Positions 1 through 8,539 are shown, counted from the first letter of the stretch. The stretch is 42,651 bases of DNA from a virus (IMGVR_UViG_2700989535_000001:1-42651); one strand, 5' to 3'. A program made the numbers and translations. The notes: generated from the letters alone by a model not told the origin.

Positions 1-1248
1 ATGGCACTGAATATTCCATTCAGAAATGCGTACTATCGTTTTGCATCCAGTTACTCATTTCTCTTTTTTATTTCCTGGTCGCTGTGGTGGTCGTTATACG
101 CTATTTGGCTGAAAGGACATCTAGGGTTGACAGGGACGGAATTAGGTACACTTTATTCGGTCAACCAGTTTACCAGCATTCTATTTATGATGTTCTACGG
201 CATCGTTCAGGATAAACTCGGTCTGAAGAAACCGCTCATCTGGTGTATGAGTTTCATCCTGGTCTTGACCGGACCGTTTATGATTTACGTTTATGAACCG
301 TTACTGCAAAGCAATTTTTCTGTAGGTCTAATTCTGGGGGCGCTATTTTTTGGCTTGGGGTATCTGGCGGGATGCGGTTTGCTTGATAGCTTCACCGAAA
401 AAATGGCGCGAAATTTTCATTTCGAATATGGAACAGCGCGCGCCTGGGGATCTTTTGGCTATGCTATTGGCGCGTTCTTTGCCGGCATATTTTTTAGTAT
501 CAGTCCCCATATCAACTTCTGGTTGGTCTCGCTATTTGGCGCTGTATTTATGATGATCAACATGCGTTTTAAAGATAAGGATCACCAGTGCGTAGCGGCA
601 GATGCGGGAGGGGTAAAAAAAGAGGATTTTATCGCAGTTTTCAAGGATCGAAACTTCTGGGTTTTCGTCATATTTATTGTGGGGACGTGGTCTTTCTATA
701 ACATTTTTGATCAACAACTTTTTCCTGTCTTTTATGCAGGTTTATTCGAATCACACGATGTAGGAACGCGCCTGTATGGTTATCTCAACTCATTCCAGGT
801 GGTACTCGAAGCGCTGTGCATGGCGATTATTCCTTTCTTTGTGAATCGGGTAGGGCCAAAAAATGCATTACTTATCGGAGTTGTGATTATGGCGTTGCGT
901 ATCCTTTCCTGCGCGCTGTTCGTTAACCCCTGGATTATTTCATTAGTGAAGTTGTTACATGCCATTGAGGTTCCACTTTGTGTCATATCCGTCTTCAAAT
1001 ACAGCGTGGCAAACTTTGATAAGCGCCTGTCGTCGACGATCTTTCTGATTGGTTTTCAAATTGCCAGTTCGCTTGGGATTGTGCTGCTTTCAACGCCGAC
1101 TGGGATACTCTTTGACCACGCAGGCTACCAGACAGTTTTCTTCGCAATTTCGGGTATTGTCTGCCTGATGTTGCTATTTGGCATTTTCTTCTTGAGTAAA
1201 AAACGCGAGCAAATAGTTATGGAAACGCCTGTACCTTCAGCAATATAG
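1..1248 (+). CDS. cscB: LacY-family oligosaccharide:H+ symporter, sucrose permease-like (host gene)
   Basis: 415-aa ORF with about 12 hydrophobic segments; recalled near-identity to E. coli CscB and clear LacY-family blocks. The csc cluster is known to lie next to argW. Confidence 0.7.
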   Translation: MALNIPFRNAYYRFASSYSFLFFISWSLWWSLYAIWLKGHLGLTGTELGTLYSVNQFTSILFMMFYGIVQDKLGLKKPLIWCMSFILVLTGPFMIYVYEPLLQSNFSVGLILGALFFGLGYLAGCGLLDSFTEKMARNFHFEYGTARAWGSFGYAIGAFFAGIFFSISPHINFWLVSLFGAVFMMINMRFKDKDHQCVAADAGGVKKEDFIAVFKDRNFWVFVIFIVGTWSFYNIFDQQLFPVFYAGLFESHDVGTRLYGYLNSFQVVLEALCMAIIPFFVNRVGPKNALLIGVVIMALRILSCALFVNPWIISLVKLLHAIEVPLCVISVFKYSVANFDKRLSSTIFLIGFQIASSLGIVLLSTPTGILFDHAGYQTVFFAISGIVCLMLLFGIFFLSKKREQIVMETPVPSAI

Positions 1249-1689
1249 ACGTAAACTTTTTCCGGTTGTTGTCGATAGCTCTATATCCCTCAACCGGAAA
1301 ATAATAATAGTAAAATGCTTAGCCCTGCTAATAATCGCCTAATCCAAACGCCTCATTCATGTTCTGGTACAGTCGCTCAAATGTACTTCAGATGCGCGGT
1401 TCGCTGATTTCCAGGACATTGTCGTCATTCAGTGACCTGTCCCGTGTATCACGGTCCTGCGAATTCATCAAGGAATGCATTGCGGAGTGAAGTATCGAGT
1501 CACGCCATATTTCGCTATCAGGATTCTGTGTGATGGTTACATCGCCCGGCCCAGGGCTGTTTAGTCATCAGCGCTTTCTGACAGTGCTGAGATTTCAACC
1601 TGTTGCAGTAAAAATGAGTAGATATAAGGCAAGTGTGCTGCCAAACCCATCTTTTACGGGGTGAAGGTAGATTTCGTTTGAAGGGTATC

Positions 1690-1704
1690 TGGTGTCCCCT
1701 GCAG
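1690..1704. repeat. att core copy (TGGTGTCCCCTGCAG), excisionase-proximal prophage boundary
   Basis: Exact 15-bp direct repeat of the tRNA-Arg 3' end at 41569..41583. Confidence 0.8.
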
Positions 1705-1777
1705 ACATCTACTTGAGGCGGCAGGGGGTTGATTAGAATGGTGTTTTTTAGATGTGAGAAATATTTTACCCGCTATT

Positions 1778-1978
1778 TTACCCATTGGCGCGGCTTAAGA
1801 GCTTATTTTTGAATTCACAATGGTCACGATATAACCATCTTGCTCGCCCGTGGATAACTTTGGCTTTAGGCAGGTCTCCGGACTTAATCCGGTCATAGAT
1901 GAAGGTTTTACCGAAGCCAGTATCGGCCATGATGAATTTCAAATCAACCAGGGAATCAGGCTGTAGTTCGTGTTGCAT
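1778..1978 (-). CDS. torI: Excisionase / recombination directionality factor, TorI-like (AlpA-type winged helix)
   Basis: 66-aa ORF; recalled near-identity to KplE1 TorI (MQHELQPDSLVDLKFIMADTGFGKTFIYDRIKSGDLPKAKV...); sits at the prophage end opposite int, as in K-12 KplE1. Confidence 0.75.
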   Translation of the reverse strand: MQHELQPDSLVDLKFIMADTGFGKTFIYDRIKSGDLPKAKVIHGRARWLYRDHCEFKNKLLSRANG

Positions 1979-1997
1979 GAGTGCTATCTCCGAATAG

Positions 1998-2013
1998 GGA
2001 ATCGAACCTGCAA
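1998..2013. other. tRNA-Arg T-arm-like fragment (GGAATCGAACCTGCAA), 16/16 match to 41584..41599
   Basis: Direct sequence identity to the argW segment immediately adjacent to the att core; flanks diverge. Confidence 0.5.
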
Positions 2014-2033
2014 ATCAGGTAATAAAAAAACCG

Positions 2034-2054
2034 CATTGATGCGGCGATGGTAGG
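2034..2054 (-). terminator. Intrinsic terminator for the leftward early transcript, upstream of torI
   Basis: Minus-strand hairpin CCGCATcaATGCGG followed by a T7 run. Confidence 0.5.
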
Positions 2055-2122
2055 TCTGGATATCTTGATAAATGAAAATGCCTCATCGAGTGTGAGGCGG
2101 TGTGATTTCTTTATTTCCACTC

Positions 2123-2338
2123 TTAATGTTTGTCAGTGAATGGTTTCTCCATCTCCATTAATGCCTTATTCATCTCATTTCGTAGCTCTATAGCCATCCT
2201 GACGGCTTCAACTTGTGCAGGATGTCGGTTAATTGCTGGAGAATATCGTCGGGAGCGAAGGATTGAGAAAACAAAGATAATGCAAGCAACTATCTGAATT
2301 GCATTGCATATTATTGATACAATGTGGATTGCAGCCAT
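2123..2338 (-). CDS. Hypothetical small protein with hydrophobic N-terminus
   Basis: 71-aa ORF with an N-terminal hydrophobic stretch (about 25 aa); lies between two terminator-like hairpins, so expression is doubtful. Confidence 0.25.
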   Translation of the reverse strand: MAAIHIVSIICNAIQIVACIIFVFSILRSRRYSPAINRHPAQVEAVRMAIELRNEMNKALMEMEKPFTDKH

Positions 2339-2352
2339 CTACTACCCCAAAT

Positions 2353-2371
2353 AAAAAACCGCCATCAGGCG
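2353..2371 (-). terminator. Intrinsic terminator-like hairpin at the end of the 55-aa ORF
   Basis: Minus-strand CGCCtgatGGCG hairpin followed by a T6 run. Confidence 0.4.
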
Positions 2372-2532
2372 TCTTGGTGTTCTTTCAGTTCTTCAATTCG
2401 AATATTGGTTACGTCTGCATGTGCTATCTGCGCCCATATCATCCAGTGGTTATAGCAGTCGTTGATGTCCTCTGCTTCGATAACTCTGTTGAATGGTTCT
2501 CCATTCCATTCACCTGTGACTCGGAAGTGCAT
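2365..2532 (-). CDS. Hypothetical small phage protein (55 aa)
   Basis: ATG-initiated ORF MHFRVTGEWNGEPF..., below the track's 60-aa cutoff; ends in the terminator hairpin. Confidence 0.35.
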   Translation of the reverse strand: MHFRVTGEWNGEPFNRVIEAEDINDCYNHWMIWAQIAHADVTNIRIEELKEHQDA

Positions 2533-2604
2533 TTATCATCTCCATAAAATAAAACCCGCCGTAGCGAGTTCAGATAAAAGAAATCCCCGCGAGTGCGAGG
2601 ATTG

Positions 2605-2889
2605 TTATTCGGTGCCGATATTTACCTTTATCGCGAACACCTTTACCGGTTTATCGCCGAAGTGCGGATGTGTGATTGTCTTGATTTCATACCCTTCATA
2701 CGGGACGTCAATTCTGCGACTGAAGTCGTCGCGCTTCGGATATCCCTTTGTGATAATCAGACGGTCATACTCACGGAGCATAATTCGCTTATTCCAGTAG
2801 TCATTACACAGGCGATACTCTTCTGTTTTCTCTCCGCGAATCATGGCATCGAAGTATTCACCTTTGACGGCAAGTTGTAGGTTAGCCAC
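2605..2889 (-). CDS. ASCH/DUF3850-like (PUA-fold) small protein
   Basis: 94-aa ORF; pattern GEYFDAMIRGEKTEEYR...LREYD...GY resembles the ASCH-like family seen in phage early regions (recalled). Confidence 0.5.
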   Translation of the reverse strand: MANLQLAVKGEYFDAMIRGEKTEEYRLCNDYWNKRIMLREYDRLIITKGYPKRDDFSRRIDVPYEGYEIKTITHPHFGDKPVKVFAIKVNIGTE

Positions 2890-3184
2890 GGTTAACCTCC
2901 TGCGGAGTAGCCTTTACAAGCACTGGTGTAAATCCATCTTCATTAAGGTTATGAATATAGACTTCCGTTCTCCTGCGCTCTTCAACGTTTAATATTGTTT
3001 CTGGATCATAAACCCATACTTTCATTCGACTATTCCATGAAGAAATCGCTTCAGATTTAGTTCGTTTTTCTGGTCCTTGGGCACCACATTTGCATGACAC
3101 ATAGCGCATTTTCCCTCTGATACTGAATGAGTATCCGATGTTAAGCACAGTGGAACCACAGAATGGGCAGCGATATAGATTCAT
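2882..3184 (-). CDS. Lar-family restriction alleviation protein (zinc-ribbon N-domain) with C-terminal extension
   Basis: CPFCGS...CKCG cysteine motif typical of Lar-family proteins; overlaps neighbours by a few nt (operon packing). Confidence 0.6.
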   Translation of the reverse strand: MNLYRCPFCGSTVLNIGYSFSIRGKMRYVSCKCGAQGPEKRTKSEAISSWNSRMKVWVYDPETILNVEERRRTEVYIHNLNEDGFTPVLVKATPQEVNRG

Positions 3185-3666
3185 AAATCATCCACCTTAG
3201 GCGCAGCTGAGACAGCAACATTCCAGAACTCAGAAAACATATTGTATGCACCAGATAGATTGGAAGTGGCATACCCTCCAAGCTCACTTCTAATCTGAAC
3301 GGCTCTCATCATTTCCGGGGTTAACTCCTTCGGCACCATAACCCAACCATCCGGAGTTACCGGCACTGGCTTGGCGGTATAAAGCGGTGTTATATCTGCC
3401 CGAAAATTACATGCTTTATGCAGACGTACCCACCGTTCGACTTCTGCTTTGTCAGAATACATACCAGTGAACGTGTTATATTCACGATCAATTTGCGTGA
3501 ATGTTACCTTCCACGCCACCGGTTCTGCTTCCAGCGATGCCAGCGCCAACTTGAACGCCTGAAGCCAAATGGCACTGTTGGTATCCAGTCCAAACGGTAA
3601 TTCATCACGATTGGCTTCGTATTCAGCGATAGTTTGCTTCAGCCATTCTTTGGTTAGTTCAGCCAT
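3181..3666 (-). CDS. Hypothetical early-region protein
   Basis: ORF taken from the internal Met (MAELTKEW...), which starts 5 nt after the upstream gene's stop; the longer version would overlap the upstream gene. Confidence 0.5.
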   Translation of the reverse strand: MAELTKEWLKQTIAEYEANRDELPFGLDTNSAIWLQAFKLALASLEAEPVAWKVTFTQIDREYNTFTGMYSDKAEVERWVRLHKACNFRADITPLYTAKPVPVTPDGWVMVPKELTPEMMRAVQIRSELGGYATSNLSGAYNMFSEFWNVAVSAAPKVDDL

Positions 3667-3670
3667 ATCC

Positions 3671-4123
3671 CTAATTCCCCTTGATGCTGACTTTGACGCC
3701 AACCTTGCGAATCTCATCGGCGCATCTGTTCACGATACTCCGGTGAAACTCACAAAAAATTTTCGCCGACTGCGGCCCTAATGGGTGAACATCGTGCGCA
3801 CGCGGCAGTACAACCTCCCGCGCCTCCATGTCAGCAATCCGCTTGTCTTTGGCTTCCAGTTCATCCAGCAGTGCCAGCACAGTAGCCGGATTGGCTGCAG
3901 CGATGAATTCAGCATTGGCCTGCTGTTCCATTTGGAAATCTTCATCGAAACCGCTTTCAGGATGCGCTCCTTCAATTCTGCAAATAGGAATATATCCAGC
4001 AACTTCACGATGAATTAGTGCATCATCACCATCAAATCGGCCCTTTCCATATTCGAGCGACCACTCACCACACGTTGCTTTTTCTGCCGCCTCACGCAGT
4101 GCCTGATAGTCAATCTTGCTCAT
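3671..4123 (-). CDS. Ead/Ea22-like protein
   Basis: 150-aa ORF; N-terminus MSKIDYQALREAAEKAT.GEWS is the recalled signature of Ead/Ea22-like lambdoid proteins. Confidence 0.6.
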   Translation of the reverse strand: MSKIDYQALREAAEKATCGEWSLEYGKGRFDGDDALIHREVAGYIPICRIEGAHPESGFDEDFQMEQQANAEFIAAANPATVLALLDELEAKDKRIADMEAREVVLPRAHDVHPLGPQSAKIFCEFHRSIVNRCADEIRKVGVKVSIKGN

Positions 4124-4364
4124 TGGATGACTCCTGCTTTTCTGCCTTCAACACCATGCGAGAACCATCATCCAGCTCCCACACTATCTCACCACCTTCA
4201 GCCATGACCAGTTGCCACACCAATTGAGCAGCCTCATTGGTAACATCACGACCTGGATCATTGCCAACGCGCATACGTCCACCTTCAACATCGCGCATTT
4301 TTGCCAGCATGATAGTTTTTGATAGCGGTGAAAAACCAAGCTGTAGTCGTGCTGAATTACTCAC
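4110..4364 (-). CDS. Hypothetical early-region protein
   Basis: 84-aa ORF; start overlaps the upstream stop (ATGA). Confidence 0.45.
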   Translation of the reverse strand: MSNSARLQLGFSPLSKTIMLAKMRDVEGGRMRVGNDPGRDVTNEAAQLVWQLVMAEGGEIVWELDDGSRMVLKAEKQESSNEQD

Positions 4365-4951
4365 TGGTTGCCTCCTTTGCGAAGCTGGTCGGCGAACAAA
4401 CGTACACTAGACGCTTCACTGCGTAGAAACTTAACGGCATAATCAAAACCACCTCGTTCTGCGTCGTCTGCTCCGTTGTCGAGGTTATCTGCGTACATCT
4501 CTACCCCCTGCGCCCGCACTTCAGCCAGGAAAGCATCGGTGGCTGGGGTTTCTGGAATGGCGTCTGGAATAACCTCTGAGTAGACGCGTTCCATTGCCGA
4601 CTCCCATCCGTAGTAACAAGCCGAATAGCCGTCGCGCTGGTAGCCGTGGTCTTCAACTCCACATCCCATGCCCTGGTCATGGTATTCAGGCTGATTGTCG
4701 GGATTAATGCAGTATTCAATGACCGACTTCATCCCCGCATTCTCCGCTGCCAGCGCAGTGCACTTGGCCTCAAGGTTATCAATCGTGATTCCAGCAGAAC
4801 GACACTCCCGCAACGCCGTTTCCAGTTTTGATTCAAGTTCACCGAACTTACGGACAAGGTATTCAGCGTTTGTTTCGTTAACCTTTAAATCTCGTGGGAT
4901 GCATTTACCTTTCAGAAAACCATCCATCTCAATTAGTGACATTTGTTTCAT
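4361..4951 (-). CDS. Hypothetical early-region protein (acidic, coiled-coil-like N-terminus)
   Basis: 196-aa ORF tightly coupled to its neighbours. Confidence 0.55.
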   Translation of the reverse strand: MKQMSLIEMDGFLKGKCIPRDLKVNETNAEYLVRKFGELESKLETALRECRSAGITIDNLEAKCTALAAENAGMKSVIEYCINPDNQPEYHDQGMGCGVEDHGYQRDGYSACYYGWESAMERVYSEVIPDAIPETPATDAFLAEVRAQGVEMYADNLDNGADDAERGGFDYAVKFLRSEASSVRLFADQLRKGGNQ

Positions 4952-5130
4952 TTTTTCCCACTCCGAAACATCGCATTCAGATATTTGTTTTGATTCACTG
5001 AAGGAAAAGAATTTCTCTTAAGCAATTCCTCTCTCGATGGCATTGGCTTTACGCGTTGGCGAATAATCATTTCTGCCGGAAGAATGCCGGGATTGTATGC
5101 AAGTCCTCTCATGGTAAATTCCTCAGTCAT
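4948..5130 (-). CDS. Hypothetical small protein
   Basis: ATG at 5130 overlaps the stop of the upstream ORF (AATGACTGA); about 60 aa. Confidence 0.35.
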   Translation of the reverse strand: MTEEFTMRGLAYNPGILPAEMIIRQRVKPMPSREELLKRNSFPSVNQNKYLNAMFRSGKK

Positions 5131-5416
5131 TACTGATAGCGCCATAGCGTGAGCGGTAATTACGCAGGCGCGGGTCAATTTCAGGGAAGTGGGTATATGT
5201 GGCTTTGCGGAATGGTCGGATTGATGTCTGGTAAATTCGCTCGAGTTCTTCTTTCTCTGCAAGCCATATACAATGGCGAAATTCCTTTTCCTCTTTCGTT
5301 TCCTGCGGTAGAGACATTATTCGATCGTAGTTTTTTCTGAATTTATCCAGCACCTCCGATACGGAATTGCCGGAACAGCGGCGCGGGTCATCCGCACCAT
5401 ACAGAGGCGCTGGCAT
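5123..5416 (-). CDS. Hypothetical early-region protein
   Basis: 97-aa ORF with an AGGAG RBS 6-10 nt upstream. Confidence 0.5.
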   Translation of the reverse strand: MPAPLYGADDPRRCSGNSVSEVLDKFRKNYDRIMSLPQETKEEKEFRHCIWLAEKEELERIYQTSIRPFRKATYTHFPEIDPRLRNYRSRYGAISND

Positions 5417-5432
5417 GTTTTTCTCCTGTTGA

Positions 5433-5981
5433 TTATTTAGCTAATTTTTTCCAGATTGCTGAAACGTATTTGGCTTGGTGAATGGCATCATCAAGCGCGT
5501 TGTGGCGAGTTCCTTTGAATGGCATATCTCGCTTAGGGTCGAATCCTATTACCTTCCCAAGTTCGACGATTGTTCTTACGTCGCGGTCATTCCACCACTG
5601 CCACGGAACTGGCTGCCCTGTCAGCGAATAACTGTTTCGGAGAATAACGCAGTCAAATGATGCTCCATTCCCCCAAACCTGAACGAATTTGTGGTTAGCG
5701 TTCTTTATGATGAATTCAGATAACCATGAAAGAGCCGTTGAAAGCTCCTGAGTGTTGCTGGTTAGCGATTTTCTGGCTTCTTCACTCTGTTCCAGCCACC
5801 ATAAAATCGTTGAAGCGTCAGGACGCGCTCGATATCGCATTGATGACTCAAGCGAGATATTTACCGAGAACTCTTCTCCTGTTTCTCCGGTATTCGGGTC
5901 AAAGAATACCGCCCCAATAGAAATAACTGGCGCGTATGGCCCGTTGCCCATTGTTTCAAGGTCAACCATCAAGTGATTCAT
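5433..5981 (-). CDS. DnaQ-like 3'-5' exonuclease (DEDD family)
   Basis: N-terminal Exo I motif (MVDLETMG) and later H..DA motif (HNALDDA) typical of DEDDh exonucleases. Confidence 0.7.
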   Translation of the reverse strand: MNHLMVDLETMGNGPYAPVISIGAVFFDPNTGETGEEFSVNISLESSMRYRARPDASTILWWLEQSEEARKSLTSNTQELSTALSWLSEFIIKNANHKFVQVWGNGASFDCVILRNSYSLTGQPVPWQWWNDRDVRTIVELGKVIGFDPKRDMPFKGTRHNALDDAIHQAKYVSAIWKKLAK

Positions 5982-5989
5982 GTAAGTCC

Positions 5990-6505
5990 TTAAATTGCGT
6001 GAATAGCGTGACGAGGGAAGGGGAGAGTTACTGGTGCAAAGGGGATATCGTCGTCAAAATCCATAGGTGGTTCGCTGTGATTTCCCTGCTGCTGAGGTTG
6101 CTGTCTTTGTTGCTGACCATTATTTCGCTGAGGTGAAGACTGTTCATTGCCTCCTTGCTTGCCACCAAGCATTTGCATGGTTCCACCAACGCCCACGATG
6201 ACTTCGGTAGTGAACCGATCCTGTCCGCTTTGATCCTGCCATTTTCTTGTCCGCAATTTGCCTTCAAGATAAACCTCAGAGCCTTTTCGCAGATATTCGC
6301 TGGCAATTTCTGCCAGTTTCCCGCTCATTACCACGCGGTGCCACTCCGTCTGCTCCTTTTGCTCTCCAGTTTGCTTATCACGCCATTGTTCTGACGTAGC
6401 AACGGTAAGGTTTGCAAATGCCGTTCCTGATGGTGAATATCTGATTTCTGGATCATGCCCAAGGCGACCAATAATGATCACCTTATTTACGCCTCTGCTT
6501 GCCAT
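5990..6505 (-). CDS. ssb: Single-stranded DNA-binding protein with a 15-aa extension after the DDDIPF tip
   Basis: Strong recalled similarity to E. coli SSB over the OB fold ([10 protein letters not shown]...TEWHRVV...[13 protein letters not shown]), Gly/Gln-rich linker and MDFDDDIPF motif, then [15 protein letters not shown] before the stop. Confidence 0.9.
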   Translation of the reverse strand: MASRGVNKVIIIGRLGHDPEIRYSPSGTAFANLTVATSEQWRDKQTGEQKEQTEWHRVVMSGKLAEIASEYLRKGSEVYLEGKLRTRKWQDQSGQDRFTTEVIVGVGGTMQMLGGKQGGNEQSSPQRNNGQQQRQQPQQQGNHSEPPMDFDDDIPFAPVTLPFPRHAIHAI

Positions 6506-7213
6506 TTATGCCGCCTGTTTTAGCTCGTTAACTCTGATGTTCATTACCTGAACGCATTTAGCCTGCGCCTCCTCGTTTCCAGCCATTAATTGCCAGTCAC
6601 GCTGATAACGCTCGATGAGTTTTTTCTTGTCAGTTTCTGTTGACGCATAATCGCTGAAGTCTTTCAGGATTTGTTCGCAGTCAACCGATGGAGATTTCTG
6701 GTTGGTATTTTCTGGTGATGGTTTGTTATCTGATGCTGGGATTGCCCACCCCGGCAGTGATGGAGGGAGCCAGTAAAATCCTGTTCCATCCTTCAGTTTT
6801 GCCCTGTGCCACCCCTGCTTTTTATCGAGAGATGTTTGTGCGAAACCTTCCTCAAGGTTATACAGATACCGACCGATTCCCCACTGAACGGCAGCGCGCT
6901 TCATTGCACCGGAACGACCACCTTTGACGGCTTCTACCTGCGTGTTTTCAGCAGCATCCCATTTGGTTACCCATTCGGAATCAATCTTTATTGATATGCC
7001 GCATTCAACGCCGCCGTTGTTGGGAATATCGCGGTATTCATTGCGCCATCCTGCTTTGCCGCAAACATCGTCCAGGCGTTTCATTATTGCCCGGTTCGTG
7101 ACATAAGCCAGCACCATAGCCCACACTTTGCCATCGCGTGTTTTACCGCTTTGCTGTATTCGCCATTCGATATCTTCAGGGCTGAATGGCTCATCGAATT
7201 TATTCAAATCCAT
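6506..7213 (-). CDS. Single-strand annealing recombinase (Erf-like C-terminus; N-domain with GIGRYLY motif)
   Basis: C-terminal about 45 aa recalled as P22 Erf-like (ATETDKKKLIERYQ.DWQL...KCVQVMNIR.NELKQ); sits in the erf/bet position beside ssb. Confidence 0.65.
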   Translation of the reverse strand: MDLNKFDEPFSPEDIEWRIQQSGKTRDGKVWAMVLAYVTNRAIMKRLDDVCGKAGWRNEYRDIPNNGGVECGISIKIDSEWVTKWDAAENTQVEAVKGGRSGAMKRAAVQWGIGRYLYNLEEGFAQTSLDKKQGWHRAKLKDGTGFYWLPPSLPGWAIPASDNKPSPENTNQKSPSVDCEQILKDFSDYASTETDKKKLIERYQRDWQLMAGNEEAQAKCVQVMNIRVNELKQAA

Positions 7214-7312
7214 AATTCACCTCAGAATGGACACGGCCCAAGGAAATAACGCTGATTTAATACTTCGACTCGGGACAAATTAAGGCATACCCGCATTCCT
7301 TCGCGGTCACCA

Positions 7313-7471
7313 TTATGGCGATACCAGAGAGCTTTCTGCGTGTACATGCGTCTCTGTAACTTGCTCTCCTTCACTGTGGTTGCAAGTGACATGAATATCT
7401 CCTTCGTTACCGATTAATTCTTTCATCTGACGAATGAATTCTTCGTCTGACCAGTTATCTGTAAAACTCAT
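7313..7471 (-). CDS. Hypothetical small acidic protein (52 aa)
   Basis: ATG overlaps the kil-like stop (ATGA). An alternative overlapping 45-aa ORF (7255..7392) has a stronger AAGGAG RBS; which one is real is unresolved. Confidence 0.3.
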   Translation of the reverse strand: MSFTDNWSDEEFIRQMKELIGNEGDIHVTCNHSEGEQVTETHVHAESSLVSP

Positions 7472-7620
7472 TTCCTGCGATACCACGGAAGGTTGATAGC
7501 TGATTTCATCGCTTTATTTGCTTCAAGCCACATTTTTGAATCACCAATAAATCTGGCTATTACTGCTTTGTTTTGTGCAGCACGAAGCATCTGGTGATTG
7601 ATGGCTATTTCATTGCGCAT
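7468..7620 (-). CDS. Kil-like small protein (host division inhibitor candidate)
   Basis: 50-aa ORF; motif ARFIGDSKMW resembles my recollection of lambda Kil (ATFIGDEKMF); lies immediately downstream of the cIII-like gene. Confidence 0.4.
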   Translation of the reverse strand: MRNEIAINHQMLRAAQNKAVIARFIGDSKMWLEANKAMKSAINLPWYRRK

Positions 7621-7739
7621 AACGCCTCCAGTTGTTTCTTTGCTGCTCTGATTAATTGTTTAACTCGGCGTGATAATTCAGATTCGTGCGGGTAGAAAGC
7701 GGACATGACGCCGCTACCCGCGAGCTGAAAGTGCATCAT
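7605..7739 (-). CDS. CIII-like protein (FtsH inhibitor family)
   Basis: 44-aa ORF from an internal Met with AAGGAG RBS; ...PHESELSRRVKQL... resembles the lambda CIII core (recalled). Confidence 0.5.
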   Translation of the reverse strand: MMHFQLAGSGVMSAFYPHESELSRRVKQLIRAAKKQLEALCAMK

Positions 7740-7804
7740 GGGTAACTCCTTATATTTGATTGCATAACGAAAACGCCTCGAGTGAAGCGTTATTGGTATG
7801 CATA

Positions 7805-7829
7805 TAAAAAAGCCCTCACACTGGAGGGC
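7805..7829 (-). terminator. tL-like intrinsic terminator between the N-proximal accessory genes and cIII
   Basis: Minus-strand GCCCTC-cagtgt-GAGGGC hairpin followed by a T7 run. Confidence 0.6.
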
Positions 7830-7922
7830 AAAGAAGATTTCCAATAATCAGAACAAGTCGGCTCCTGTTTAGTTACGAGCGACATTGCTCACATAGCAGA
7901 CTCGCAAATCTGCTATAGGTGC

Positions 7923-8084
7923 TTATTCGCATCGCATGACAACATCAAATTTTTCGAGATTACTTTGTCGCAACAATCCTTCTTCTACGCGGTCAGCTTT
8001 TCTATAATTATCAAATTCGAAATGTTTGATTACTTCTTTCGTTTCTCGCTCTATAACTTCAACAATGTATTTCTTATTCATCAT
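7923..8084 (-). CDS. Hypothetical small protein (53 aa)
   Basis: ORF MMNKKYIVEVIERETKEV...; AT-rich; no recognisable family. Confidence 0.35.
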   Translation of the reverse strand: MMNKKYIVEVIERETKEVIKHFEFDNYRKADRVEEGLLRQSNLEKFDVVMRCE

Positions 8085-8144
8085 TCTTCCCCAAGATCTT
8101 TGCTAATTGCTGACTGTGCTTTCGATACTTCATCAGGATAATGG

Positions 8145-8537
8145 TCACTCCAGCTTTGCTTGTATGCCTTGTTTAGCATCGCTCAGGGGGATATCTCCTT
8201 CAGTTCTGACCATTCGCCTTAATACTTTCCTTAAGTCGATGTAAAGTTGAAGGTCTCCATTTGCTGCGGCATCAGCCATTTTTTGCCTGACAAGCAGTAA
8301 TGTTTCATACGGCTCAATAAGAATATCGTCATGAGTAATTAGGTGAAGCGTTGCCGCATCAACTATTCCTAGAGCTGCGCCAAGTATCAAAAATTCCCTG
8401 CTATTTTTGTCGCATGAGGAGATAAGCGTATTTAGCGCATATCTAATATTCTTTATAGCTGTTGTTAATGCTGCAATTTCTTCTATGGCGTCTTCTCCAA
8501 TGAGCTTTTTAAGCTCATATTTTTCTTCCTGACCCAT
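8145..8537 (-). CDS. Hypothetical protein directly downstream of N (130 aa)
   Basis: Start (MGQEEKYELKK...) 3 nt after the N stop; predicted soluble and helical; AT-rich; no recognisable family. Confidence 0.55.
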   Translation of the reverse strand: MGQEEKYELKKLIGEDAIEEIAALTTAIKNIRYALNTLISSCDKNSREFLILGAALGIVDAATLHLITHDDILIEPYETLLLVRQKMADAAANGDLQLYIDLRKVLRRMVRTEGDIPLSDAKQGIQAKLE

Positions 8538-8539
8538 AA

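Noticed and set aside
1249-1689. Intergenic stretch between cscB and the att core, examined for integrase or phage remnants
   Set aside because: Only short ORFs with no recognisable motifs. A hairpin (TTCCGGTTG...CAACCGGAA) just after cscB looks like its terminator. No evidence for a gene, though a degraded relic cannot be excluded without alignment.
8145-8179. 32-aa ORF overlapping the 3' end of the 130-aa gene in another frame (possible frameshift fusion)
   Set aside because: Too short and with no independent support; it could reflect a frameshift in the 130-aa gene, but nothing in the sequence decides this.
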